A program made the position numbers and the translations under genes. A DNA stretch of 64,000 bases from the NCBI GenBank assembly GCA_045591265.1, contig JAZNSQ010000014.1, positions 69,386 to 133,385 of the forward strand, read 5' to 3'. Position 1 is the first letter of the stretch; the number at the start of each line of letters is the position of its first letter. Source of the stretch: Clostridia bacterium. Its GTDB lineage: Bacteria; Bacillota; Clostridia; UMGS1883. The notes beneath the pieces were generated by a model, which saw nothing but the letters and a program-made list of their open reading frames with translations, was not told where the DNA came from and ran no database searches. This document shows, one piece after another, positions 1 to 10,216 of this stretch.

Positions 1-333
1 CATTCCGCCGGTAATTTTACTAAGACTGTTTGCACTTGCTTCATCTGCCTTGCGAAGTGCTTCGTTCACCGCACTTAAAATCATATCCTCAAGCATTTCA
101 ACATCGTCTGGGTCAACAGCATCGGGAGAAAGCTTTATTTCTATAACTTCCTTTTTTCCATTTACCTTAACATTTACTGCGCCGCCGCCAACAGAAGCTT
201 CTATAACCTGCTCCGAAAGCGACTCCTGCGCTTTTAACATTTCCTCCTGCATTTTCTGTGCCTGACGAATCATATTTCCCATATTACCCATATTCATTCC
301 GCCCATATTTCTCGGAAATCCGCCTTTTGCCAT
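1..333 (-). CDS. ybaB: YbaB/EbfC nucleoid-associated protein (3' end runs off window)
   Basis: Hand translation [32 protein letters not shown]...[49 protein letters not shown]; directly downstream of dnaX, the usual synteny; absent from ORF track. Confidence 0.93.
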   Translation of the reverse strand, partial: MAKGGFPRNMGGMNMGNMGNMIRQAQKMQEEMLKAQESLSEQVIEASVGGGAVNVKVNGKKEVIEIKLSPDAVDPDDVEMLEDMILSAVNEALRKADEASANSLSKITGGM

Positions 334-335
334 AT

Positions 336-1898
336 TTAATCTTCCTTTCTGTTAGTTATCGGCAACTTTATTATATCATCAAATATATCGTGCATTTCTT
401 CCTGCTTTTCAGAAAAATCACTCTCGAGCCTTACAACAACGTCCACGCTTGCATTTAGCTGGCGCGAAACTGCCTCTTTAATTTCACCTATGCTATCCAT
501 TATAAGTGCGCGCATCTCCTGACCGCCCTTTTCGGGGAAGGTAAGTGCAAGCTTTCCCTTTTCCTCTCGAAGTGACGCATTTTCAAGCGCTGCGTAAAGC
601 ATCAGGCTCTGACTTAACTCCTTCATAACCTCGGGCCATACACCTTTTATTTTTTCTACAAGTTCACTGTCCTTTATTTTTGGCAGTTCTTTTTTTTCTT
701 CCTTCTTTTCTGCCTTTTTTTCAGGCGCGCGAGATGCTTTTTCGGGAATGACCGTTTTTCCTTCAAGCATTCTTTCAAGCTCACCTATTCTTGAAAGGAG
801 TGCGTCTATCGACCCGTCACCACCCTTTATACAAAGCTTAACGAGTGCCGATTCAAAGACCACTCTCGGTTCTGTCATAAACCTTGCAGTCTGCACTGCT
901 TCTGAAAGTAGCTTTATCGCATAAAGAAGCTTTTCTGACGAAAAATATGCACTGTATTTTTTAAGTAATTCGTACTCTTCCCCTTCAAAATCACTTGCCG
1001 AGTCTCCCGTTATGTTTATAACAAGCATATCGCGAAGCGCTTTTATAAGAGATTCTATAAACGGAGAAAGATTTTTTCCCCTCGAGCATACGAAGGAAAC
1101 CGACTCCAAGACAGCTTTTGAGTCACCAATGCCAAGGCTTTCACAAAGCTCAAGCACTGAGGAGTTTTCTGCTCTACCAAGAAGCTCCTCTACAAACTCT
1201 GTCTTTATTTCTTTGCCCTGTGCAAGACACGGCTCAAGCAGGCTAAGCGCATCACGAAGAGACCCCGCCGCAGACGTTGAAATCATTCGAAGTGCCCTCT
1301 CCTCTGCCATAATCCCTTCTGCCGAGCAGATGTAATCAAGGCGCGCATAGATATCATCAGGCGTAATTCTCTTAAAATCAAACCTCTGGCATCTTGAAGA
1401 GATTGTTTCAAGCACCTTATTCGCTTCTGTTGTTGCGAGCACAAATAAAACATGCGCCGGTGGCTCTTCAAGAAGCTTTAAAAGTGCATTAAATGCATCC
1501 TTACTAAGTGCGTGCACCTCATCAATTATATATACCTTCTTACGAGTTACAGCTGCAGTATAGCTCGCCTCCTCGCGAAGTGTCCTTATATTATCAACAC
1601 CGCTGTTACTTGCCGCGTCAATCTCGACAATGTCCATAATGCTTCCGTTTTCAATGCCTTGGCAGGTTGGACATTTATTACACGGATTTCCGTCCTCGGG
1701 GTTTTCGCAGTTTACTGCGCGGCTTAAGATCCTTGCGGTTGAGGTTTTACCCGTACCTCTGCTTCCGCAAAAAAGAAATGCGTGGCCACAGGTATTATTC
1801 TTTATTTCATTTTTGATTGTTTCAGTTACATGGCCTTGCCCTACAACATCATCAAATGTTTTTGGGCGCCATCTTCTGTAAAGTGCCCTATATTCCAC
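336..1898 (-). CDS. dnaX: DNA polymerase III subunit gamma/tau
   Basis: [19 protein letters not shown], Walker [10 protein letters not shown], Zn module [19 protein letters not shown] motif; GTG start at 1898 after GGAGG. Confidence 0.97.
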   Translation of the reverse strand: MEYRALYRRWRPKTFDDVVGQGHVTETIKNEIKNNTCGHAFLFCGSRGTGKTSTARILSRAVNCENPEDGNPCNKCPTCQGIENGSIMDIVEIDAASNSGVDNIRTLREEASYTAAVTRKKVYIIDEVHALSKDAFNALLKLLEEPPAHVLFVLATTEANKVLETISSRCQRFDFKRITPDDIYARLDYICSAEGIMAEERALRMISTSAAGSLRDALSLLEPCLAQGKEIKTEFVEELLGRAENSSVLELCESLGIGDSKAVLESVSFVCSRGKNLSPFIESLIKALRDMLVINITGDSASDFEGEEYELLKKYSAYFSSEKLLYAIKLLSEAVQTARFMTEPRVVFESALVKLCIKGGDGSIDALLSRIGELERMLEGKTVIPEKASRAPEKKAEKKEEKKELPKIKDSELVEKIKGVWPEVMKELSQSLMLYAALENASLREEKGKLALTFPEKGGQEMRALIMDSIGEIKEAVSRQLNASVDVVVRLESDFSEKQEEMHDIFDDIIKLPITNRKED

Positions 1899-1915
1899 TT
1901 TTTCCTCCACCTTGT

Positions 1916-1940
1916 AAAAAAGCCGCCCTTTGCGGCAGCT
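1916..1940 (-). terminator. Intrinsic terminator of SRP RNA
   Basis: AGCTGCCGC-AAAG-GGCGGCT followed by a T run on the minus strand. Confidence 0.75.
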
Positions 1941-1949
1941 ATATTTATG

Positions 1950-2216
1950 ATGCACACCCCGAAATCGATAAACCTCCATATGCGGAATTCGAATAGTTAG
2001 CTCAAAACAGGCGAACCTGCGGCACACACCCGAAAGTGCTTATCGCTGCTCGGTTCCCCGCCTGACGAGGTTCACACCCCAAGCGTTGCGCAGGACCCAT
2101 TCGTCAACACTACTTTTCCGACCCTGCCATACAGAAAGCCTACCTCAATCGGGGAATCTACCTCCGCTGTAGCGGACTGCGGATTCAGGGAACCGCTACC
2201 TCCCCGGCTGGCACAT
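1950..2216 (-). ncRNA. ffs: Large (Bacillus/Clostridium-type) signal recognition particle RNA
   Basis: Minus strand has Alu-domain GGGGAGGTAGCGGT, GTGTTGACGAATGGGTCCTGCGCAA and domain IV TCAGGCGGGGAACCGAGCAGC; upstream of dnaX as in B. subtilis. Confidence 0.93.
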
Positions 2217-2223
2217 CTATTAA

Positions 2224-2252
2224 AGTATACCATAAACGCCCTTTTTTATCAA
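2224..2252 (-). promoter_or_regulatory. SigA promoter of ffs
   Basis: TTGATA-17bp-TATACT with extended TG. Confidence 0.85.
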
Positions 2253-2287
2253 TAGTTTTTGTTAAAGTTTTAAAAAAGAAAAAAACC

Positions 2288-2316
2288 TTGACATTTTCTT
2301 AAAATAAGTATATAAT
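2288..2316 (+). promoter_or_regulatory. SigA promoter of rpsF-ssb-rpsR
   Basis: Perfect TTGACA-17bp-TATAAT. Confidence 0.9.
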
Positions 2317-2339
2317 TAGTTAGCATTTTATGTAAATGC

Positions 2340-2387
2340 AATCCTTGCTCCCGTTTTGGGGGCCAAAGTCCAGAAGGAGGTGTAAAA
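2340..2387 (+). promoter_or_regulatory. S6:S18 ribosomal protein leader
   Basis: CCTTGCTCCCG...GGGGGC...AAGGAGG hairpin with CCCG motif able to sequester the rpsF SD. Confidence 0.65.
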
Positions 2388-2687
2388 ATGGCTGAAATTA
2401 TTAACAAGTATGAAACCATTTTTGTTCTTGATGCTACACTTGAGGAGGAAGCTATAGGCGCTCTTTCAGAAAAGTTCCAGAAGCTTATTAGTGACAACGG
2501 CACAGTTGAAAGTGTAGACGTTTGGGGAAAGAGAAAGCTTGCTTACCCAATCGATTACAAGACAGAAGGTTACTATGTTCTTGTAAACTTCTCCGCAGCG
2601 CCTGAATTTATTAAGGAGCTTGACAGAGTTTACGGAATTACAGACGGTGTTATGCGTACAATTACAGTTCGCAAAGAAGAAGCGTAA
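2388..2687 (+). CDS. rpsF: 30S ribosomal protein S6
   Basis: KYETIFVL...WGKRKLAYPI...EGYYVLVNF. Confidence 0.98.
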   Translation: MAEIINKYETIFVLDATLEEEAIGALSEKFQKLISDNGTVESVDVWGKRKLAYPIDYKTEGYYVLVNFSAAPEFIKELDRVYGITDGVMRTITVRKEEA

Positions 2688-2699
2688 GGAGGTAAAAAA

Positions 2700-3131
2700 A
2701 TGCTTAACAAGGTTATATTGATGGGCAGATTTACACGCGACCCCGAGCTTCGCAGTACTCCGCAGGGAACAAGCACTTGCTCGTTTTCACTGGCGGTAGA
2801 CCGTAACTTCGCACGTCAGGGTGAAGAGCGTAAGGCAGATTTTATTAACTGCGTGGCTTGGCGCCAGACGGCAGAATTCATTTCGAAATATTTTCAAAAA
2901 GGTAGTCTGGCAGCCGTTGAAGGCAGTATCCAGACTCGCACTTGGGATGACCAGGAGGGTAAGAGACATTACGCTACAGAAGTTTTGGTAAACCAGGTTT
3001 ACTTTGCTGAAAGCAAGCGTGATTCTTCTCCTTCATTTAATGACGGCGGAAGCGATTTTGCGTCAACAGACTTCGGCACGCTTCCTGACCCTATATCACC
3101 CATGGGCACAGATGATGATTTACCATTTTAA
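2700..3131 (+). CDS. ssb: Single-stranded DNA-binding protein
   Basis: MLNKVILMGRFTRDPELR...C-terminal DDDLPF. Confidence 0.98.
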   Translation: MLNKVILMGRFTRDPELRSTPQGTSTCSFSLAVDRNFARQGEERKADFINCVAWRQTAEFISKYFQKGSLAAVEGSIQTRTWDDQEGKRHYATEVLVNQVYFAESKRDSSPSFNDGGSDFASTDFGTLPDPISPMGTDDDLPF

Positions 3132-3149
3132 ATAAGGGAGGTTTTATCT

Positions 3150-3401
3150 ATGATGGAAAAAGAGAAAGCCGAAAGACCTTTCAGAGCTCGCAAGCCTAAA
3201 AAGAAAGTTTGTCAGTTCTGTGCAGATAAGGTTACGGAAATAGATTATAAGGATGTTGCAAAACTTCGCCGCTATGTTTCTGAACGTGCTAAAATTCTTC
3301 CCAGAAGAGTTACAGGCACATGTGCAAAGCATCAGCGTCAGTTGACAAGTGCTATTAAGCGCGCTCGTCACATTGCACTTCTTCCTTTCTCTGCAGAATA
3401 A
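3150..3401 (+). CDS. rpsR: 30S ribosomal protein S18
   Basis: KKKVCQFC...[33 protein letters not shown]. Confidence 0.98.
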   Translation: MMEKEKAERPFRARKPKKKVCQFCADKVTEIDYKDVAKLRRYVSERAKILPRRVTGTCAKHQRQLTSAIKRARHIALLPFSAE

Positions 3402-3444
3402 CACGTGCCCCTTCGGAATAAATATTCCGAGGGGGTATATTTTA

Positions 3445-3819
3445 ATGAAAAAATTTTTTGTTGTATTTATTATATCTGTTCTTTCTATATATTTTATGGG
3501 TTCAACACGTACTGATTACTATGAAATTGTCGAAAATATGGGGTATGAGTGTATTCATAAGCCCTATGAAATTTCAGAAATTGAAATCCCTATGGTTTTC
3601 GGGAAGGTGTATGAAAATTATAACGCTCTTTTAAAAGCGGGCGGGTATGACCTTTCTTTATATAAAGGGAAAAAATGCACTCGCTATACTTATCTTCTTA
3701 AAAGCGGAGAAAGGGCAAATGTGTATGTATACCTCGGCAGAATAATTGGCGGGGATATATCCTCCGTGAGACTTGACGGAATGATGATTCCACTGCTGAA
3801 AAAATACGAAAAGGATTGA
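3445..3819 (+). CDS. DUF4830-like exported protein
   Basis: N-terminal hydrophobic segment; EIEIPMVFGKVYENYNALLKAGGYDLSLYKGKKCTRYTY, IIGGDISS. Confidence 0.7.
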   Translation: MKKFFVVFIISVLSIYFMGSTRTDYYEIVENMGYECIHKPYEISEIEIPMVFGKVYENYNALLKAGGYDLSLYKGKKCTRYTYLLKSGERANVYVYLGRIIGGDISSVRLDGMMIPLLKKYEKD

Positions 3820-3823
3820 TTTT

Positions 3824-4525
3824 ATGCGTCTTGATAAATTAGTTTCAGAAGCAGGTGCGCTTACGCGCAGTGAAGCGCGCAAGGAAATAAAAAAGGGAAA
3901 TGTTACGGTTGACGGCATTATTTTGACCGATATTTCCGCACAGGTGGACGAAAACTCTTCTTTATTCATAAATGATAAAGAATTTACTTATAAAAAATAT
4001 GTTTATCTTATGCTTAACAAGCCCGCAGGCTATGTAAGTGCTACGGAGGATAAATCTAAAAAAACGGTGCTTGATTTAATTGGCGATTCTTATTTCAGAT
4101 ACAATCTCTTCCCTGTGGGGAGACTTGATATAGACACAGTCGGTTTTTTGCTTCTTACAAATGACGGAGACCTCTGTCACAAGCTTTGCGCCCCGTCAAA
4201 AGATTTTGGGAAAACTTATTTTGTTCGTCTGGAAAAAAGTATTTCAGATGAGGATATCTCAAGGCTTGAAGAGGGCGTTTTTATAGGTGATATCAAGACA
4301 AAGCCCGCTAAAGTTGAAAGAATCAGCGAAAACGAAATTCACCTTACTATAACCGAGGGAAAATTCCACCAGATAAAAAGAATGGCAAAGGCAGTTGGTA
4401 ATGAAGTTATTTATCTTAAGCGTCTTTCCTATGGAAATGTTTTTCTTGACGAAACGCTTAAGGAAGGAGAATTCCGTCATCTGACAAGCAAAGAATTAGA
4501 GTCATTATGCAATATACACAAATAA
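3824..4525 (+). CDS. rsuA: RsuA-family pseudouridine synthase
   Basis: S4 domain MRLDK, LNKPAGYV, catalytic GRLD, EGKFHQIKRM. Confidence 0.9.
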   Translation: MRLDKLVSEAGALTRSEARKEIKKGNVTVDGIILTDISAQVDENSSLFINDKEFTYKKYVYLMLNKPAGYVSATEDKSKKTVLDLIGDSYFRYNLFPVGRLDIDTVGFLLLTNDGDLCHKLCAPSKDFGKTYFVRLEKSISDEDISRLEEGVFIGDIKTKPAKVERISENEIHLTITEGKFHQIKRMAKAVGNEVIYLKRLSYGNVFLDETLKEGEFRHLTSKELESLCNIHK

Positions 4526-4625
4526 AATAGCATTTTTTTGTACAATTAGCGTATTTTATTTTGGAAAATTATGTGGTATAATGTTTAAGGTGTAAATTTA
4601 TAATTAAATTTAGGGGGTAGCTGAA

Positions 4626-5732
4626 TTGGCTAGTTTAAGTTTAAAAGGTATTTATAAAAGATATTCTGGTGGAGTAACTGCTGTATCGGATTTTAATCTT
4701 GATATTGCTGATAAGGAGTTTATTGTACTTGTTGGACCTTCAGGTTGCGGTAAGTCTACAACACTTCGTATGATTGCCGGTCTTGAAGAAATCAGTGAGG
4801 GTGAGCTTTACATAGGTGATAAGCTTGTAAATGACATTGCTCCTAAGGACAGAGATATTGCAATGGTTTTCCAGAACTACGCTCTCTATCCTCATATGAC
4901 AGTTTTTGATAATATGGCATTTGGTCTTAAGCTCAGAAAAACTCCGAAGGATGAAATTAAGAAGAGAGTTACTGAAGCTGCTCGTATCCTTGATATTGAG
5001 CATCTCCTCGAGCGTAAGCCTGCTGCACTTTCAGGTGGTCAGCGTCAGCGTGTTGCTCTTGGTCGTGCAATCGTTCGTGAGCCTAAGGTATTCCTTATGG
5101 ACGAACCGCTTTCTAACCTTGATGCAAAGCTTCGTGTTCAGATGAGAACTGAAATTTCAAAGCTTCATCAGCGTCTTCAGACAACATTTATCTATGTTAC
5201 TCATGACCAGACAGAAGCTCTTACAATGGGTTCAAGAATCGTTGTTATGAAGGATGGTCTTGTTCAGCAGGTTGATACTCCGCAGGCACTTTACAACAAT
5301 CCTTGTAACGTTTTCGTTGCAGGCTTTATCGGTTCACCTCAGATGAACTTCTGCGATGCAGTTATTGAAGTTGAAGGTGACGATACATTTATTAAGTTTG
5401 GTTCACACAAAGTTAAGCTTACAGCAGAAAAGGCTGCTAAAGCTAAGGATTACGTAGGAAAGACAGTTACTATGGGTATCCGTCCTGAAGATATGTATGA
5501 TGATGCAGATTCACTTGCAAAATACAAAGATGCTGTATGCAAAGCTAATGTTGAAGTTACAGAGCTTATGGGTGCAGAAACCTACCTCTATATAACAATT
5601 GACGGAATTAACTTTACTGCAAGAGTTAGACCTGACAGCACATCACAGATTAATACTGATATTGATATCTGTCTTGATCCTGAAAAAATTCACATCTTTG
5701 ATAAGGAAACAGAAAAAGTTATTACTAACTAA
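4626..5732 (+). CDS. msmX: Multiple-sugar ABC transporter ATPase (MsmX/MsmK-like)
   Basis: GPSGCGKST, LSGGQRQRVALGRA, DEPLSNLD; TTG start. Confidence 0.9.
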   Translation: MASLSLKGIYKRYSGGVTAVSDFNLDIADKEFIVLVGPSGCGKSTTLRMIAGLEEISEGELYIGDKLVNDIAPKDRDIAMVFQNYALYPHMTVFDNMAFGLKLRKTPKDEIKKRVTEAARILDIEHLLERKPAALSGGQRQRVALGRAIVREPKVFLMDEPLSNLDAKLRVQMRTEISKLHQRLQTTFIYVTHDQTEALTMGSRIVVMKDGLVQQVDTPQALYNNPCNVFVAGFIGSPQMNFCDAVIEVEGDDTFIKFGSHKVKLTAEKAAKAKDYVGKTVTMGIRPEDMYDDADSLAKYKDAVCKANVEVTELMGAETYLYITIDGINFTARVRPDSTSQINTDIDICLDPEKIHIFDKETEKVITN

Positions 5733-5744
5733 TATTAAAATAAT

Positions 5745-5825
5745 CAAACTGCACTGTGCTTGCACAGTGCAGTTTTTTGTATAAAAAAATCCGTTATGAT
5801 GAATTCATCATAACGGATATATTTT
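5745..5825. terminator. Tandem terminators between convergent genes
   Basis: AAACTGCACTGTGC-TT-GCACAGTGCAGTTTT and AATCCGTTATGATGAATTCATCATAACGGAT. Confidence 0.8.
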
Positions 5826-5869
5826 TTGTTTTATATAGGGAAGTTTTTTTAATTCATAAGTTATCAGAA

Positions 5870-6766
5870 TTAACCCTTAAGCGCACCAACCATTACGCCC
5901 TTTACGAAATACTTCTGAAGAAGCGGATAGATGCAAAGGATCGGAACAGTTGCCACAACTATACATGCATATTTAATACTTTCACCAATGCTTTCAGCAT
6001 CTGATGAGTTAGTCGCACCGCCGGTTACACTACCTGTCATGCTATTAGTATCGTTTGCAATAAGTATTTCCTTAAGAACAAGCTGAAGCGGATACTTTGT
6101 CTTATCCTGAAGATAGATACTTGCACTAAACCATGAGTTCCAGTGTGAAACCCCATAATAAAGCACCATAACTGCTATTATAGCCTTTGAAAGCGGAAGT
6201 ATAACGTGCCACAATATCTGCATATGTGTTGCACCGTCAAGATATGCCGCTTCCTCCAAGCTTATCGGAATTGCCTGGAAGTTTGTGCGCATAATGATCA
6301 TATTATATGTGTTTATCGCAGTAGGAATAATAAGTGCCCAAATTGAGTTATAAAGACCAAGGTTATTTATAAGAAGGTATGTAGGAATAAGTCCACCGCC
6401 AAAATACATTGTAAAGAGTACCATTCCCATGATTACGCCCTTGAACATAACATTTCTTCTTGAAAGGAAATATGCAATCAGAGATGTCATAAACAAGTTG
6501 ATAAGTACACCCACTACCAAAATAAAGATGGTATTTTTATAACCTATAAGAATATTGGGATTCTCAATAACTGCTTTGTAGGCGCTTGTATTAAATCCAA
6601 TCGGTTTAAACAAAAGGCCTGCATTTTTCATAAGCTCACCGGAGTCACTGAATGATGCAAACAAAACGTAAAGCATCGGATAAAGACAGATGACCGCGAG
6701 AGCAAGTAATATTATTACGTCAAACGCCAGAAACAGATTTCTGGACATACTATTTTTTCTTTTCAT
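5870..6766 (-). CDS. Carbohydrate ABC transporter permease (LplC-like)
   Basis: Multi-TM; EAA motif LEEAAYLDGA; YFVKGVMVGALKG. Confidence 0.92.
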   Translation of the reverse strand: MKRKNSMSRNLFLAFDVIILLALAVICLYPMLYVLFASFSDSGELMKNAGLLFKPIGFNTSAYKAVIENPNILIGYKNTIFILVVGVLINLFMTSLIAYFLSRRNVMFKGVIMGMVLFTMYFGGGLIPTYLLINNLGLYNSIWALIIPTAINTYNMIIMRTNFQAIPISLEEAAYLDGATHMQILWHVILPLSKAIIAVMVLYYGVSHWNSWFSASIYLQDKTKYPLQLVLKEILIANDTNSMTGSVTGGATNSSDAESIGESIKYACIVVATVPILCIYPLLQKYFVKGVMVGALKG

Positions 6767-6808
6767 AATTCTTTTACCTCTTTCTCAGTATTATTTCTTA
6801 TTAATTAC

Positions 6809-7771
6809 TTACCACAAGCTTGTTTCTGAAACTTTTCTGCTGATAGTGTTAGCAATAAACAAGAACAGAATGTTTACAACTGAGTTGAAAAGGCCAACCG
6901 CTGTTGAGTAACTGAAGTTTGCGTTAATAAGACCTTCTCTGTATGTGTAAGAGGATATAACGTCTGCCGTTTTATAGGTAAGCTCGTTATAAAGAAGAAT
7001 AATCTTTTCGTATCCTACACCTAAGATAGAACCCATTCTCATAATGAGAAGGATAATAATTGTCGGCAATATTCCCGGAAGAGTAATATGCCAAACCTGT
7101 CTTAAGCGGCCACCACCGTCAATCTCACACGCTTCATAAAGCTCCTGATCGATACCCGACAGTGCTGCAAGATAGATGATTGAACCCCAACCAACTTCCT
7201 GCCAGATGTTCGTTCCGACATAAATTCCTGTAAACCATTCAGGCTTAAGAAGAATTGATGTAGTATCTCCCGTAAACTGCGCAAGAAGCTGTGTAATTAT
7301 ACCGTTTGTACTCGTAAAGCTCTTAATGATACCACACATAACAACAAGTGAAATAAAGTGCGGAAGATATGTGATTGTCTGAACTGTCTTAAGGAAATAC
7401 TTATTTGAAAGTTCATTCATTAAAAGCGCGAGAAGTATCGGCGCCGGGAAACCAAAGATAAGTGAAGCACCACTTATTCTTATTGTGTTCCACAAGGTTC
7501 TTAAGAAGTATCTGCTCTTAAAGAATCTTATAAAGTGAGCAAAACCAAAACTGTCTGCCCAAGGGCTGCCTGTAATACCAAAGGCTGGTTTGTAGTCCTT
7601 AAATCCGATTATAATACCATACATCGGTATGTAACAGAAAATTATATAGTATAAAACCGGAAGCAACGCTATAAGATATAAAACCTTATTCTTGGCAAAG
7701 TCCGCACGGACTCTGCCAAGAAAAGAATTGTCTTTCTTATAGAGGCTTGGTGTAATTGTTGTGTCTGACAT
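6809..7771 (-). CDS. Carbohydrate ABC transporter permease (LplB-like)
   Basis: PMYGIIIGFKDY, YLPHFISLVV, LYEACEIDGG. Confidence 0.92.
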   Translation of the reverse strand: MSDTTITPSLYKKDNSFLGRVRADFAKNKVLYLIALLPVLYYIIFCYIPMYGIIIGFKDYKPAFGITGSPWADSFGFAHFIRFFKSRYFLRTLWNTIRISGASLIFGFPAPILLALLMNELSNKYFLKTVQTITYLPHFISLVVMCGIIKSFTSTNGIITQLLAQFTGDTTSILLKPEWFTGIYVGTNIWQEVGWGSIIYLAALSGIDQELYEACEIDGGGRLRQVWHITLPGILPTIIILLIMRMGSILGVGYEKIILLYNELTYKTADVISSYTYREGLINANFSYSTAVGLFNSVVNILFLFIANTISRKVSETSLW

Positions 7772-7808
7772 TCTTATAATGCCCCTTCCCCTATTTTATA
7801 AAGTGTTT

Positions 7809-9383
7809 TTATTTCTTGATATATCTTTCGTATGCTGCCTGATAAATTTCAAGCGCTTCATCGATACCCATTTTCTTAATTTCCTGAACAAACTTACCAT
7901 AGTTCTTCATCGGCTCTCTGCCTGTGATGAAGTTATGGAACATTTCGTTTGCGTATGTACTAATTTCAGTCATAATAGCTGAAGCTGTATCCTTTTCAGC
8001 TGTTGTAAGGTCAACAGGAGGAAGCTTATTATCTGTAAACTTATTAGCTGACCAGTACTTAAGAGCCTCACGCTGCTGATCTGTAGCGTAGAACTGCTCG
8101 ATATATCTCTTATCCTGAGCGAACGGTCCCCATACACCAGCGAGGCAGTGATGTGCAAGCATCTGGCTCATAGATTTTCCTTCAGCGTTATTTGTGATTT
8201 CTTCAACATATGTCGGATAGCCGTCAACCATGTTGTAGCTTTCGCCTTCCTTACCGAAGTTGTATGTCATATGACCTTCTTCTGTGTAGCCATAGTCAAG
8301 GAAACGTGCTGCAAGTGCAGGATTCTTACAATTTGTAGTGATTACTACGCCACCGATACAATGTCTGTAGTCCTTCTGACCAAATTTTGCAGGTTCGCCC
8401 TTCTTTTCTGAAGGATACGGAGCACCTGTAAGGTCAAATGCTTCACCCTTCATTTCCTTAAGGAATGAACCCATTCCGCCGCCACCGGCACCATAGTAAA
8501 TACCAGCTTTGCCGTTAAGAAGGCTAGCACGGAATGTTGTATCGTCTGTTGCAAGATAGTTCTTGTCAATATAACCTTTTTCAAACCATTCATTCAGCTT
8601 TGCTACATAAGCTTCAAAGCTCTTATCGTCTGTCGGACCGTATACAACCTTGCCATCCTTTACATATGTGCCAAAGTATGTACCAAAACCGCTTGAGAAG
8701 TTTGTAAATGCCTGTGTTGCAAAAGGTGTGACTCCACTACGTTTCTTAAATGCCTCAAGCACCTTATCCCAATCCTCGATTGTTTCAGGAACTTCAAGAC
8801 CGTCTTCCTTGAGCCAGTCGCTACGAAGCATTAAACCTGTAGATGTAAGAAGGATTTCATCCTCTCTTACAAATGGGAATGAGTAGTAGTAGCCAGCTTC
8901 TGTTTTTGCCATCTTAGCAACGTCTTCATTTTCATCAAGATATTTCTTGAGGTTAGGAGCGTAGTCCTCTAAAACGTCATTAAGAGCATAGATCTGCTTG
9001 TTATCAATATAGTCCTGCGGTCCAAGGCTGAGCCACTGCTGCTGAATCATATCAGTAGTTTTACCTGAAGCCATCATAAGCTGGAAAGCTTCCTGTGTTG
9101 TACCTGCTGCAGGATGCTGATATTCAATCTCTACACCTGTTTTTTCCATAAGATTTTTTGCAAAATCAGTTTCTGCAAAGTTTGTTACATCTGTTGCGAT
9201 TGAGCCGGGAAGCTCTACCCAATATGTAAGCTTCTCATCTGTATCGATAGGATAGCTTATTTCGCCCTTGGGCATATCGCTTTCAAATCCGAGACCGTTT
9301 GTTTTTTCTTTGTTACATCCTGATGCAAGTGCGACAACCATCACAACTGCAAGAGTGAGGCACAAAATTTTCTTTTTGTTCAT
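7809..9383 (-). CDS. Carbohydrate ABC transporter substrate-binding lipoprotein
   Basis: Lipobox LASGC after MNKKK signal; extracellular solute-binding family features; operon context. Confidence 0.9.
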   Translation of the reverse strand: MNKKKILCLTLAVVMVVALASGCNKEKTNGLGFESDMPKGEISYPIDTDEKLTYWVELPGSIATDVTNFAETDFAKNLMEKTGVEIEYQHPAAGTTQEAFQLMMASGKTTDMIQQQWLSLGPQDYIDNKQIYALNDVLEDYAPNLKKYLDENEDVAKMAKTEAGYYYSFPFVREDEILLTSTGLMLRSDWLKEDGLEVPETIEDWDKVLEAFKKRSGVTPFATQAFTNFSSGFGTYFGTYVKDGKVVYGPTDDKSFEAYVAKLNEWFEKGYIDKNYLATDDTTFRASLLNGKAGIYYGAGGGGMGSFLKEMKGEAFDLTGAPYPSEKKGEPAKFGQKDYRHCIGGVVITTNCKNPALAARFLDYGYTEEGHMTYNFGKEGESYNMVDGYPTYVEEITNNAEGKSMSQMLAHHCLAGVWGPFAQDKRYIEQFYATDQQREALKYWSANKFTDNKLPPVDLTTAEKDTASAIMTEISTYANEMFHNFITGREPMKNYGKFVQEIKKMGIDEALEIYQAAYERYIKK

Positions 9384-9764
9384 TTCTGTTTTCCTTCCTT
9401 TCAAAACTTGTTTTTAAAGCCACTGGTGGCTTTTTTGGTAGCTTGTGCTACATTTCTCAATTCGGATATAATTTTAAAAAACAAATCCTGCATTCATTTT
9501 CCTTAAATTTTCCGATATTGAGGTGATTTTGCGTAATTTACATCATCCTTTATTAAAACCAACCGTTTATTTTCGGCAAAATAACCAAATACACCTAAAG
9601 CGTTTAGTTTCTGGTTTTTTTGGACCTTTTCCTCAAATTTCCAGTTGACTTTATAAGGACTTTTGTGCAAATTACACTATTTTTATTCATTATAGCATAT
9701 AAAACATAAATAGTAAACAGAAATTTGTAAAATTTTTAATTTTTTTTTAAATTTTCTCAAATAA

Positions 9765-9795
9765 AAAACTGCGGTAAAATTTACCGCAGTTTTTA
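9765..9795 (-). terminator. Terminator after rplL
   Basis: AAAAACTGCGGTAAA-A-TTTACCGCAGTTTTT. Confidence 0.85.
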
Positions 9796-9806
9796 TTGAA
9801 ATTGAA

Positions 9807-10181
9807 TTATTTAAGTTCAACTTTTGCGCCAACAGCTTCAAGATCTGCTTTAATCTTTTCAGCGTCTTCCTTAGAAGCGCCTTCTTTAAGAGTTGTGGGT
9901 GCGCCATCAACAGCGTCCTTTGCTTCCTTAAGACCAAGGCCTGTGATTTCACGAACAACCTTGATAACCTTAATCTTTTCAGCGCCTGCATCTGCAAGAA
10001 CTACGTCAAATTCTGTCTTTTCAGCAGCTGCTGCGCCAGCGTCTGCTGCGCCACCTGCTACTACTGCAACGGGAGCTGCAGCACTTACGCCAAATTCTTC
10101 CTCCATAGCCTTTACAAGTTCAGCTACTTCAAGGAGCTTTAATTCCTTAATTTCAGCAATGATGTTTTCAATCTTACTCAT
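9807..10181 (-). CDS. rplL: 50S ribosomal protein L7/L12
   Basis: [13 protein letters not shown]...EKTEFDVVL...[15 protein letters not shown]. Confidence 0.98.
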   Translation of the reverse strand: MSKIENIIAEIKELKLLEVAELVKAMEEEFGVSAAAPVAVVAGGAADAGAAAAEKTEFDVVLADAGAEKIKVIKVVREITGLGLKEAKDAVDGAPTTLKEGASKEDAEKIKADLEAVGAKVELK

Positions 10182-10216
10182 TATTGTTTACCTCCTAAAT
10201 TAAATTAGATAAATTT

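Noticed and set aside
714-721. A-AAA-AAG heptamer in dnaX resembling the E. coli -1 frameshift site
   Set aside because: No internal SD upstream and no stimulatory stem-loop downstream; it lies in a Lys/Glu-rich linker where such runs arise by chance
1899-2027. N-terminal extension of the 563-aa dnaX ORF
   Set aside because: Overlaps the SRP RNA and its terminator; a GTG with GGAGG at 1898 is the sensible start
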